From assembly GCF_000186885.1 (NCBI RefSeq), contig NC_014972.1, positions 1,500,001 to 1,532,000 on the forward strand: DNA of 32,000 nucleotides. The letters run 5' to 3'. The DNA comes from Desulfobulbus propionicus DSM 2032. Its GTDB lineage: Bacteria; Desulfobacterota; Desulfobulbia; Desulfobulbales; Desulfobulbaceae. The translations under genes were made by a program, and so were the position numbers. The first letter of the stretch is position 1; the number at the start of each line of letters is the position of its first letter. The notes under the pieces were generated by a model. The model searched no databases, was not told the origin of the DNA, and worked only from the letters and a program-made list of their open reading frames with translations. Below, piece after piece: positions 11,661-19,424 of the stretch.

Positions 11661-14110
11661 ACCGGTGCACGATGCCCGCCATCGACCGCCGCCTGCCCGT
11701 GGCCGTGGCGCTGATATCCAGTGCCTCGTTTGGCTATGAACTGTTGCTTTTTCGTTTTTTTTCGATCATGTACTGGGGGCATTTCGCCCACCTGATCATC
11801 AGCATGGCGCTGCTCGGCTTTGGGGTTTCGGGCACCGTGCTGACCCTCGCCCAGCAGCGATTGCTCCCCTCTTTCCCCCGCGCTTTCTCTCTGCATGCGC
11901 TCCTCTTTGCCCTTGCGCTGTTGGCGGCAACCTCGCTGGCCAATCGGCTCGGTTTCAACCCGCCCGAGGTCATCTGGCACAGCGGCCAGCTGGGGCGGCT
12001 AACCACGGTCATTGCTGTTGCGATTGGCCCCTTTTTTTGCGCCGGTCTCTGCATTGGTTTGGCCCTCCGCTGGAAAAGCGCGGCAACGGCACGGCTCTAT
12101 CGAGCGGATCTGATTGGAGCCGCCAGCGGGGCTCTGCTGATCATGGCCCTGCTGTTCGTTCTGCGGCCACACGACGGTGTGCGAATCCTTGCCTTGATCG
12201 GTGTGGTGGCCGCAGTGCTTGTTGGCGGTTTTCGCAGCTCCGGCCTTGATCGGATTGTGCTGACCGTTGTTGTCCTGCTGATCGGATTGTGGCCGGCCCG
12301 ATGGCTCGCGCCGGTGATGTCTCCCTATAAAAGCATGGCGCAGACGCTGCTTGTCCCCGGTGTCCGCCTCGCGGCGGAAACGCATTCGCCTTTTGGCCAA
12401 TTCTCCGCCCTGACCTCGGATAAGGTACCCTTTCGATACGCGCCAGGATTAAGCCTGCTGGCCCCGGCTGCTCCCCCCAGCCAGGTGGCGCTCTTTCACG
12501 ATGGTCATGCGGCAGGCGTCATTCTGCACGCCCCGGCAGGCGCTGTCTCCCTGGAGTTTCTTCGCTGGACGCCAATGGCCTTGCCCTATGCACTGCTGAA
12601 ACAGCCTCGGGTGCTGATAGCCGGGGCCGGCGGCGGAGGGGATGTGTGGCAGGCGTTGCAGGAAAAGGCAGCGCGGGTGGATGCGGTCGAGCCGCATCGT
12701 GAATTCATCGAGTTGGTTGGCCGGTCGTTTGGCGCCTTTTCCGGAGGAATCTTTGCGCGGGAAAAGGTTCACGTCTTTTACGGTGATGTTCGAGGGCATC
12801 TGGCCGCATCCGGACCACCCTACGATCTCATCCAAATATCTCCCTTGGGAACCGTCGCGCCGCCAGCAGCAGGTGGTCATGCTTTGGAAGCGCGGTATCT
12901 CTATACGGTTGAGGGCGTGCGTCTTGCCTTGTCACGTCTTTCACCCGACGGGCTGCTGGCCGTCACTTTACCGCTTGAACTGCCGCCACGCAGCGCGGTG
13001 AAAATGACCGCCACCATGGCGGCCGCCTTGAAACAGCTTGATGCAAACGTGGACCCATCTCGGCATGTGATGATCATCCGCAGCTGGAACACCGTCACCC
13101 TTGTTGTTTCTCCCGCTCCTCTTTCAGCCCAACGGTTGGCGGTTGTTCGTTCCTTTTGCCGGTGCCGCGCCTTTGATATCGATTGGCTGCCGGATATCGG
13201 CCCGGAAGAGGTCAATCGGATCAATGTCCTTGATCGTCCCTATCTGTACCACGCTGTTCTGGATATCTGGCGGGACGGGTCTGCGTCGCGGTTGCCGGTT
13301 TTCAATCTGGTTCCGGCAACCGATGATCGCCCATGGTTCAGTCATTTTTTCCGCTGGAGTTCCTTTGGGCAGCTTTGGGAACAGCGCGCATTCGGAACAG
13401 CCTCCATGGTTGAATGGGAATATTTGCTGCTATGGATATCCTTGGCTGTTGCCCTGGCCATCAGTCTGCTGGCGATCATCTGGCCTCTCCGGCCGCTGCG
13501 TCATGCGCGGATCGGTCATACAGGCGGTTCAGTGACCCCCCTGTTTCGCGCCTTGTATTTCGCCGCTCTGGGATTGGCATTTTTCTTTCTTGAAATCGCC
13601 TTCATGCAGCAATTCATCCGTTTCTTGAGCCATCCGGTACTGGCCATGGCCATTGTGGTGCCGTCCTTCCTTGTGTTTGCGGGATGCGGCAGCGGCCTTG
13701 CGCAACCATTTGCCGATCGTGTGGCCGCCTGCCGCTGGACGTGGATTCGGGATCGACCCTCGATGGTGGCGATTGTTATTCTTGTCGCTGTTGCCCTTGC
13801 CTATAGATGGCTTTTACCGCTTTTTTTCCATATCGGCGCCTCCTGGCCGGACATGCTCCGCTTGCTGGCCACCATGCTGTTGATCGGCGGCCTCGCTTTT
13901 TGGATGGGCATGCCCTTTCCTTTGGGGCTCACTCGGCTGGGGCGGCATCATCCCGACTTCATTCCCGTAGCCTGGGGAGTGAATGGATTCTTTTCGGTTA
14001 TCAGCGCCATTGCTGCCACCATCCTCGCACTGTATGCTGGATTTCAGGTGGTTGTTGTTGCCGCTTTGGCCTTTTATTTTCTGGCAACCGTATGCGAGCA
14101 GCACTTGTAA
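11657..14110 (+). CDS. Polytopic membrane protein with spermidine/spermine synthase-like SAM-binding domain
   Basis: Hydrophobic helices at both ends; central VLIAGAGGGGDVWQALQEKAARVDAVEPHREFIELVG and DVRGHLAASGPPYDLIQI resemble spermidine synthase fold motifs. GTG start overlaps the pcm stop; an ATG at 11672 is an alternative. Confidence 0.75.
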   Translation: MNRCTMPAIDRRLPVAVALISSASFGYELLLFRFFSIMYWGHFAHLIISMALLGFGVSGTVLTLAQQRLLPSFPRAFSLHALLFALALLAATSLANRLGFNPPEVIWHSGQLGRLTTVIAVAIGPFFCAGLCIGLALRWKSAATARLYRADLIGAASGALLIMALLFVLRPHDGVRILALIGVVAAVLVGGFRSSGLDRIVLTVVVLLIGLWPARWLAPVMSPYKSMAQTLLVPGVRLAAETHSPFGQFSALTSDKVPFRYAPGLSLLAPAAPPSQVALFHDGHAAGVILHAPAGAVSLEFLRWTPMALPYALLKQPRVLIAGAGGGGDVWQALQEKAARVDAVEPHREFIELVGRSFGAFSGGIFAREKVHVFYGDVRGHLAASGPPYDLIQISPLGTVAPPAAGGHALEARYLYTVEGVRLALSRLSPDGLLAVTLPLELPPRSAVKMTATMAAALKQLDANVDPSRHVMIIRSWNTVTLVVSPAPLSAQRLAVVRSFCRCRAFDIDWLPDIGPEEVNRINVLDRPYLYHAVLDIWRDGSASRLPVFNLVPATDDRPWFSHFFRWSSFGQLWEQRAFGTASMVEWEYLLLWISLAVALAISLLAIIWPLRPLRHARIGHTGGSVTPLFRALYFAALGLAFFFLEIAFMQQFIRFLSHPVLAMAIVVPSFLVFAGCGSGLAQPFADRVAACRWTWIRDRPSMVAIVILVAVALAYRWLLPLFFHIGASWPDMLRLLATMLLIGGLAFWMGMPFPLGLTRLGRHHPDFIPVAWGVNGFFSVISAIAATILALYAGFQVVVVAALAFYFLATVCEQHL

Positions 14111-14360
14111 AATTATCCTTGTATTTCGGGAAAGTGCCTCCGAGCAGCACGGCAAGATACCGATCACGGCGCGTTGGGATTGACAGGGAGCAGTTCTTGA
14201 TCTTCATGCAGCCGCTCATGATAGAGCCTGTCTTGGAAGGATATTCAGAGAGCTGAAAGCAAAGATCTTGCCCCCAACTCCACTAAAGCACCGGAGGGCT
14301 GTTTTGCCGCCTTTGAGCCTTGCCTTTGTGCTGTTTAAAATGTGGAGTGAAGAAAGTCGC

Positions 14361-14387
14361 TTGACAAAGGATTCGAGATATTATAAA
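14361..14387 (+). promoter_or_regulatory. Putative sigma70-like promoter for tRNA-Glu
   Basis: TTGACA (14361-14366), 15-nt spacer, TATAAA (14382-14387), about 20 nt upstream of the mature tRNA. Confidence 0.5.
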
Positions 14388-14408
14388 TGAGGCACACGAA
14401 AAATGACT

Positions 14409-14484
14409 GGCCCCATCGTCTAGTGGCCTAGGACATCGGCCTCTCACGCCGGTAACAGGGGTTCGAGTCCCCTTGGGGTCACCA
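14409..14484 (+). tRNA. tRNA-Glu (anticodon CTC), CCA encoded
   Basis: GGCCCCATCGTCTAGTGGCCTAGGACATCGGCCTCTCACGCCGGTAACAGGGGTTCGAGTCCCCTTGGGGTCACCA folds as a cloverleaf; acceptor GGCCCCA/TGGGGTC, anticodon loop CTCTCAC. Confidence 0.95.
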
Positions 14485-14486
14485 AG
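14438..14486 (+). repeat. attL-side 49-bp direct repeat (3' part of tRNA-Glu)
   Basis: GGCCTCTCACGCCGGTAACAGGGGTTCGAGTCCCCTTGGGGTCACCAAG, identical to 25377..25425; flanking bases diverge on both sides. Confidence 0.95.
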
Positions 14487-14510
14487 AATATCAGCTAGTT
14501 AGCTAGTCTG

Positions 14511-15584
14511 TTATACTCCGAGAGCTTGGTGATGTACTTTTGATGTACTTTTTGTCTCGGAATCCTTTAAACCGGGGAGTGCGGCCAGCACTTCCCGGTT
14601 TTCTTTTTTCAGCCGGTGAATATACCGCTGAGTGGTAGCCAAGCTGGTGTGGCGGAGCATGTATTGAATCTCGACCAAAGGCACATTCTGTGCCGCCAGG
14701 ATCGAGGCGAACAGGTGCCGGATGCCATGGAACCCAAAAGGTTTGACCCCCGCTTTCTTGCATAACCGTTTCAACCAGTGCTGGCGGTACTGATAGGAAA
14801 GTTTCTGTTCTCTGATAAAGACATGCTCTTTGATGTCGCAGCTTTTCTTTCTGTGCCGCAACAACCATTCAACAAGATCGTCTTTGACGCTCAACCACTG
14901 TGAGCGCCATTCCCCGACCTTGTTCTTTCTCCAACTCAGCCTTATTCGCTTGCGGAAAAAATCCACATCAGCCCAAGTGAGACGAAAGAGCTCGTCCCGG
15001 CGGGCTCCGGTCTGCAAGTAGCAGTAAAGCATCAGCTTGTCTTGATCGTCCTCGATGATGTGAAAGATCTTCCAAAAATCATCAAGCGTTGGAACGTATC
15101 TTTCAACCCGCTCCGAGGCGAATTTTTCCACCTTGGAAAACGGGTTGTCGATGGGGAGGTCAAGAAACTTCACTCCCCAGGACCAAGCCGCCGACAAGTT
15201 TTTCCTGTCTTTGTTGGCCGCGTTCCCGGATCGGCTGACAGATTGCCTTTGCAAAGCCTTTTGGACCTGCAGGGCAGTCAATCGATTAGCCGATTCTTTC
15301 GGGTTAATGCCAGGACAGGCAAAGAGTTGCCGAAAAGCTATTCGTTTTTCGTCAAACGTCTTGCCGGTAAAATTCTGCTCTGCATGCCGCAGGTATTCCG
15401 TGGCCCAATCAAGCAAGCAGACCGTAAGGGTCTTTTGTTCCGCTGGTTCGGTTGGCCTTTCGGCTTCCCACAGAAGCGCATCCTTCTTGGTTGCGAAGCA
15501 CTTCCGTTCCTTCTTGTTCCCGTTGAATCGTTGACCCATCCACGGAAATCTGTCCTTGTTTTTGTTCGGGTTTTTGTACGCCAT
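14511..15584 (-). CDS. int: Tyrosine recombinase / phage integrase
   Basis: Catalytic motifs TGARRDELFRLTWADVDF, HGIRHLFASILAAQN, LRHTSLATTQRYIH; located next to the tRNA-Glu attachment site. Confidence 0.95.
   Translation of the reverse strand: MAYKNPNKNKDRFPWMGQRFNGNKKERKCFATKKDALLWEAERPTEPAEQKTLTVCLLDWATEYLRHAEQNFTGKTFDEKRIAFRQLFACPGINPKESANRLTALQVQKALQRQSVSRSGNAANKDRKNLSAAWSWGVKFLDLPIDNPFSKVEKFASERVERYVPTLDDFWKIFHIIEDDQDKLMLYCYLQTGARRDELFRLTWADVDFFRKRIRLSWRKNKVGEWRSQWLSVKDDLVEWLLRHRKKSCDIKEHVFIREQKLSYQYRQHWLKRLCKKAGVKPFGFHGIRHLFASILAAQNVPLVEIQYMLRHTSLATTQRYIHRLKKENREVLAALPGLKDSETKSTSKVHHQALGV
14530..14552 (+). repeat. Tandem 11-bp repeat TGATGTACTTT x2, candidate integrase arm-type sites
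   Basis: TGATGTACTTTTGATGTACTTTT between the left att repeat and int (overlapping the int 3' end). Confidence 0.65.
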
Positions 15585-15732
15585 AATTCATAACCTCGTT
15601 GCGTGGAAATCTCCAAGAACGTGGCCCCAGGCGCACCCCTCCAAGCCTTTCGAGACCATACCGCTGGAGAACCCTTTTCTCAACGCGGAAGTATTCACAA
15701 ACTTCCTGTAACGTCATCATTTCGGGAAGCAT
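15409..15732 (-). CDS. Putative excisionase / MerR-like winged HTH protein overlapping int
   Basis: MMTLQEVCEYFRVEKRVLQRYGLERLGGVRLGPRSWRFPRNEVM resembles an Xis/HTH_17 domain; the frame runs 176 bp into int in another frame. The exact start (15732 or a nearby internal Met) is uncertain. Confidence 0.6.
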   Translation of the reverse strand: MLPEMMTLQEVCEYFRVEKRVLQRYGLERLGGVRLGPRSWRFPRNEVMNYGVQKPEQKQGQISVDGSTIQREQEGTEVLRNQEGCASVGSRKANRTSGTKDPYGLLA

Positions 15733-15769
15733 TTTTTATAACCGTGAAAATTTATGACCATTTTTATAA

Positions 15770-15937
15770 CTAAAACACCGGCAACCGCATTTGCCGATTA
15801 GCGGCGGGTTGTTTTTCTTCACGGACGGCGGCTTTGATCCGGCGGGCACGTTCGGCAATGGCGGGCATGTACTCAGCCCCGAGGGCCTTGTTGCCCATCA
15901 GGCCCCGCCGGGGTGTGGTGAAGATCGAAGATTTCAT
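15770..15937 (-). CDS. Small hypothetical protein (55 aa) directly after the Rep gene
   Basis: MKSSIFTTPRRGLMGNKALGAEYMPAIAERARRIKAAVREEKQPAANRQMRLPVF; ATG two nt after the Rep stop codon. End coordinate may be off by about 1 nt. Confidence 0.45.
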   Translation of the reverse strand: MKSSIFTTPRRGLMGNKALGAEYMPAIAERARRIKAAVREEKQPAANRQMRLPVF

Positions 15938-15939
15938 AC

Positions 15940-17442
15940 CTACCCGGCAAGCGTTAGCCTGAACTCGTTTCTCTTGGTGATCATCTTTTCTCGGAAGGCT
16001 GCTTCATCCTCGAAAAAGGCGTGCAGGTCCTCCTCAATAATGTCCTTGCAGAGATACACTATCTTGTCGATGTCATCGGGCTCCACTTCCAGGGAGGCGC
16101 AGACCGACATCAGGATTCCCCGCGCCTGCTTGCGGAGCATGACGATATCCTTGTGCTTGACCGCATGGGTGCGGATGTAGCCGAATACCCCGGTCCACAC
16201 CACGGCCTGCACCTTCTGCCAGAACTCTGAGACCTTGGCCTTGGTCTGGTTGTGATTGCGGTTGACCGGGCTTTCGGTGTGCCGGGTCCATTCGGTGGTC
16301 AGATAGGCCCAGAGACTTTTTAGGGAGTTGACTAAATCGCAGACCGTGTTGATCCTGTTGCCTTCCCGATCTGAGAACTCACGGAGCTTGGGTCGGCGGA
16401 GTTGGTATTCAATCCGGGTTACGGGCTGTTCGTCGTAGGTGTTAACGCCCCATATTTCGGCAAAGACCTGCTGCTTGTTGGTGGCTCGTTTTCTCTTCAA
16501 TTCCAGAACCTTGTCATAGCCACGAAACATCATGCCGTCGCTGCCAATGGTGATGCCAGAAAACTTGCGGTTGGAGTAATGGCGGTTAAATTCCAGTTCT
16601 TCAGGGTCAGGCTCTCGTTTTGTGACTTTGAGACCTCCATATTCATCTTCGTCACGGGCCAAGGCGATCCAATGGCAACGATTTTCCAGGTCTGTGGTTT
16701 TGATATCGACACCGACGAAGTCAGCGGCGAGATGTACTTCGGACACCCGTTCCTTGACCACCTTGCCGCCGTAGCAGGCGAGGAAGGTTTTCACCCGGTC
16801 GTAGATGGCGAAGAAGCCCGGCGACCAGCAGGACAGGGAGCCGATTTCCAAACGGCAGTTGGGGATTTCACCGTTTGCTTTCCTGCGGTTGAACATCAGG
16901 GTGATGTCGCCGGAACGGAGGCGGAAGGTATACATCTTGGCCCCGGTGCGGTAGAGATTCCAGTCAAAGCCGTTTTCCTTGATCACCGGGATAGAGTCCT
17001 TTTCCGTATCCTGGACCTGCTTTTTCATCGACTCGAGAATCCCGAGGAAATTGTTGATGAGCGGATTCCATTCAATCCAGAAAGACACCTTCAAAAAGTC
17101 GAGTCCGCGAAACGGCGAGTCCCGTACTACTGGCAAACCACTTGTTAATCGGGCTTGTGGTTCGGGGCCGGCGGGCTGTTCCGGGGTGGTGCGCACCCGG
17201 ACCGGTCCGGGGCCAAGGGGCGGCGGCTCGGTGGGGCGTACCCGGATCGGCGCGGCGTTGCGATGGACAAAGAACGGATAGCGATGGTTGTAACGGTAAT
17301 CCTCCAGGGGGATTTCCTGGAGATAGTCGGGCTCGGGTGCCCTGAAGGTGGGAATGTTGGTAAGATCGACCGTCTTGCCCTGGAGCACGGCGCGGAGCTT
17401 TTGCGAAAGGGGGTCCTTGGATGGGCGGCGAGAATAATACAT
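15940..17442 (-). CDS. Replication initiation protein (rolling-circle Rep-like)
   Basis: 500 aa; ERVSEVHLAADFVGV, SGITIGSDGMMFRGYDKVLELKRKR, NTYDEQPVTRIEYQLRRPKLREFSD resemble the HxxxDx / YDKxxE patterns of Rep_trans/phage replication initiation factors; position in an inovirus-type element fits. Confidence 0.72.
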   Translation of the reverse strand: MYYSRRPSKDPLSQKLRAVLQGKTVDLTNIPTFRAPEPDYLQEIPLEDYRYNHRYPFFVHRNAAPIRVRPTEPPPLGPGPVRVRTTPEQPAGPEPQARLTSGLPVVRDSPFRGLDFLKVSFWIEWNPLINNFLGILESMKKQVQDTEKDSIPVIKENGFDWNLYRTGAKMYTFRLRSGDITLMFNRRKANGEIPNCRLEIGSLSCWSPGFFAIYDRVKTFLACYGGKVVKERVSEVHLAADFVGVDIKTTDLENRCHWIALARDEDEYGGLKVTKREPDPEELEFNRHYSNRKFSGITIGSDGMMFRGYDKVLELKRKRATNKQQVFAEIWGVNTYDEQPVTRIEYQLRRPKLREFSDREGNRINTVCDLVNSLKSLWAYLTTEWTRHTESPVNRNHNQTKAKVSEFWQKVQAVVWTGVFGYIRTHAVKHKDIVMLRKQARGILMSVCASLEVEPDDIDKIVYLCKDIIEEDLHAFFEDEAAFREKMITKRNEFRLTLAG

Positions 17443-17454
17443 GATTGTGCTCCT

Positions 17455-17823
17455 TTAATAGGTGAAGTACCCACGACCATTGCATGTAAGACAACTTCCT
17501 TCGTCTCCACCATCATAGGTGCAAATACCAGTGCCATCGCAGCATGGACAAGTCTCCCTTTGCTTGGCATGATTGTGGTCAATTTGTCGGTAATATGCAG
17601 GCGAATGGGGAGAAGGTTGGTTAACCCAGTGACCATTAACGAAATCTATTTTGCCCTGGTAGATGTCATCGTTCTTCTCTGCCCAGCATAGATATCCAGG
17701 ACAATCAGTAGTCAGAGAACCTTCTAAAAGGCCGCAAACTCGGCAGACAGCAAGCCCGCCGTCGCAGATGGGACAAGTACCCGGTTCGAGGCAATTCGTA
17801 TGCTCTATGAATATATGCTTCAT
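17455..17823 (-). CDS. Cysteine-rich, probable zinc-binding protein (122 aa)
   Basis: MKHIFIEHTNCLEPGTCPICDGGLAVCRVCGLLEGSLTTDCPG ... ETCPCCDGTGICTYDGGDEGSCLTCNGRGYFTY, with DnaJ-like CxxCxGxG motifs; GAAGGATGG ribosome-binding sequence upstream. Confidence 0.7.
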   Translation of the reverse strand: MKHIFIEHTNCLEPGTCPICDGGLAVCRVCGLLEGSLTTDCPGYLCWAEKNDDIYQGKIDFVNGHWVNQPSPHSPAYYRQIDHNHAKQRETCPCCDGTGICTYDGGDEGSCLTCNGRGYFTY

Positions 17824-17915
17824 GTTTCCATCCTTCTTCTCTAATTGGTGCATGGTCATTCCTATCGAATCAGTTCATTGCAAAAAACTAACGCGCTATC
17901 GCTTGTTTCCTTCAC

Positions 17916-17966
17916 AAGGTTCCTTCAAAAGTCGGGAAACTGCCCCCGACTTTCAAAGCGAACCTT
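17916..17966. promoter_or_regulatory. Extended imperfect inverted repeat in the intergenic region between replication and morphogenesis genes
   Basis: Inner perfect 9-bp stem AAAGTCGGG(17928-17936)/CCCGACTTT(17945-17953) and outer stem AAGGTTC(17916-17922)/GAACCTT(17960-17966). Confidence 0.6.
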
Positions 17967-17983
17967 ATGAAGGCAAGAAATAA

Positions 17984-18364
17984 TTACTTGGATAGGGAAA
18001 GGTCTGATGATTCATCAGCGCACCGGCACGAATAATGATTTTCAAATGGCTGGAAGTCCTGACCAATGCAGGAAAAACGGAGCATCTTGCCGCGATCCTG
18101 GCAGGACCTTTCGCAAATGGAGAGATATTCACGACACGATTTAGATTCACGGACCCGTTCCTTGGCACTGTAATGGCGAGCATAGGGGAATTCTCCGGGC
18201 ATCACCGGGGAGTCAGAAGGCTTTGGATCAGGGGACGGAGAAGAAGGCGAAGTCTGTTGAGGCGGAGAAGGTAACCGGTCATAAGACACAGTACTTTTGC
18301 AAAACCCTTGATTAGTGGAGAAAATGAAAAAAACGGTAGCCGCATAAACACATGGTGATTTCAT
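17984..18364 (-). CDS. Putative exported Pro/Ser-rich, Cys-rich protein (126 aa)
   Basis: MKSPCVYAATVFFIFSTNQGFCKSTVSYDRLPSPPQQTSPSSPSPDPKPSDSPV...SCREYLSICERSCQDRGKMLRFSCIGQDFQPFENHYSCRCADES; starts about 7 nt after the Zot-like gene's stop. Confidence 0.5.
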   Translation of the reverse strand: MKSPCVYAATVFFIFSTNQGFCKSTVSYDRLPSPPQQTSPSSPSPDPKPSDSPVMPGEFPYARHYSAKERVRESKSCREYLSICERSCQDRGKMLRFSCIGQDFQPFENHYSCRCADESSDLSLSK

Positions 18365-18371
18365 AGGAACC

Positions 18372-19178
18372 TCAATAATAGGAGATAACGGTGCCTGGAG
18401 CGAGGCGGGGGCGAAACATCGGAAAAACGATTGACCGAGAATCGGAGGAACCTGTTTGCCGGGAAACGTTGCGTTGATGTTCCAATGGTGGCGGCACGGC
18501 GGAAAAACTGAACATTTCGAACGAATCGTACAGATCAGCAATTTTTTTGTTCAAGGGCTGGACCCACGTTTTCGCTTTCATTGCCTTGCTACCGCCCATG
18601 TTCGCATATTGGCGAATAGCGAGAAAACAAGGGTATGGACTCATTTTGATCGATATGAACGGGATAGGAAGTTTGACGCGAGTGAAATTGCGGAAGAAGG
18701 TTTCATACTCGACAAGAAAACGAATCTGCTTGTCTATCATCTCGATATTGTGAGCAATCAAGATGAAGTCGAGCTTCATTTTGCGGTGCTGGGTGAAGAT
18801 TTCCAAAAAATCAGAGTTCTTGCCCCAATTGCGCGAATTGAAATAGAATTGGCATTCATCGAGAATAACGAGGGCTTTGCCCTCTCGTTGTTCACGAAAT
18901 TTTCCCCGAACAAGGCCAGGTGTAACCGCAGAAAGCTGATAAATCGAATCAACGGAACCAAGGAAGAAACAACGGCTGGTTACATCATCAATAAATTCTT
19001 GCCTGGTTTTTCGGCCGATTTTAATTTGTATGGAACGATCCGCAAGACGTTCGGCCCAATCCGATACCAACCGAAAATTGGTGGCCAATACTCCACCGTC
19101 AAGCAAGTGCATAATGCCATCAAAAAGGGCGGTACAGGACTTGCCGGAACCCGGAACACCGCAATAAAGATCAATCAT
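18372..19178 (-). CDS. Zot/pI-like filamentous phage assembly ATPase
   Basis: MIDLYCGVPGSGKSCTALFDGIMHLLDGGVLATNF (Walker A), EGKALVILDECQFYFNSR (Walker B), FLEIFTQHRKMKLDFILIAHNIEMIDKQIRFLVEYETFFRNF; Zonula occludens toxin family pattern. ATG overlaps the upstream stop. Confidence 0.9.
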   Translation of the reverse strand: MIDLYCGVPGSGKSCTALFDGIMHLLDGGVLATNFRLVSDWAERLADRSIQIKIGRKTRQEFIDDVTSRCFFLGSVDSIYQLSAVTPGLVRGKFREQREGKALVILDECQFYFNSRNWGKNSDFLEIFTQHRKMKLDFILIAHNIEMIDKQIRFLVEYETFFRNFTRVKLPIPFISIKMSPYPCFLAIRQYANMGGSKAMKAKTWVQPLNKKIADLYDSFEMFSFSAVPPPLEHQRNVSRQTGSSDSRSIVFPMFRPRLAPGTVISYY

Positions 19179-19424
19179 TTTGCAATCCTCACAAACCGAA
19201 GAAGAGGACCGTATACGAAAGAAATGCCCATGTTCACAACAATGATGGAGACACAGAAAACAAAATGATCTACAGGAAAAATCCAATTAAGAGTGGGAAC
19301 TATCGGAAAACTTGACAAGACAGCAGAAGGAGCCGGAATAGTATAATCAGGTAACAATCCAGCAATAAAATCAATTATGCCAATTGCAATGTTTGCAATT
19401 AAATCAAGAATCCACCAAAATAAA
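19175..19424 (-). pseudogene. C-terminal part of the pVI-like (minor coat/DUF2523-like) protein, split by an IS
   Basis: Minus frame reads LFWWILDLIANIAIGIIDFIAGLLPDYTIPAPSAVLSSFPIVPTLNWIFPVDHFVFCVSIIVVNMGISFVYGPLLRFVRIAK*. The supplied 60-aa ORF starts only at an internal TTG. Confidence 0.75.

Noticed and set aside
16402-17148. 248-aa plus-strand ORF opposite the Rep-like gene
   Set aside because: Antisense of a longer frame with Rep-like motifs; no start context or recognisable domain.
18372-19178. Zot as a genuine enterotoxin
   Set aside because: Zot-family proteins in filamentous phages are assembly ATPases; nothing here supports toxin function.
18456-19268. 270-aa plus-strand ORF opposite the Zot-like gene
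   Set aside because: The minus strand has Walker A/B motifs and coupled starts and stops; the plus ORF is its mirror.
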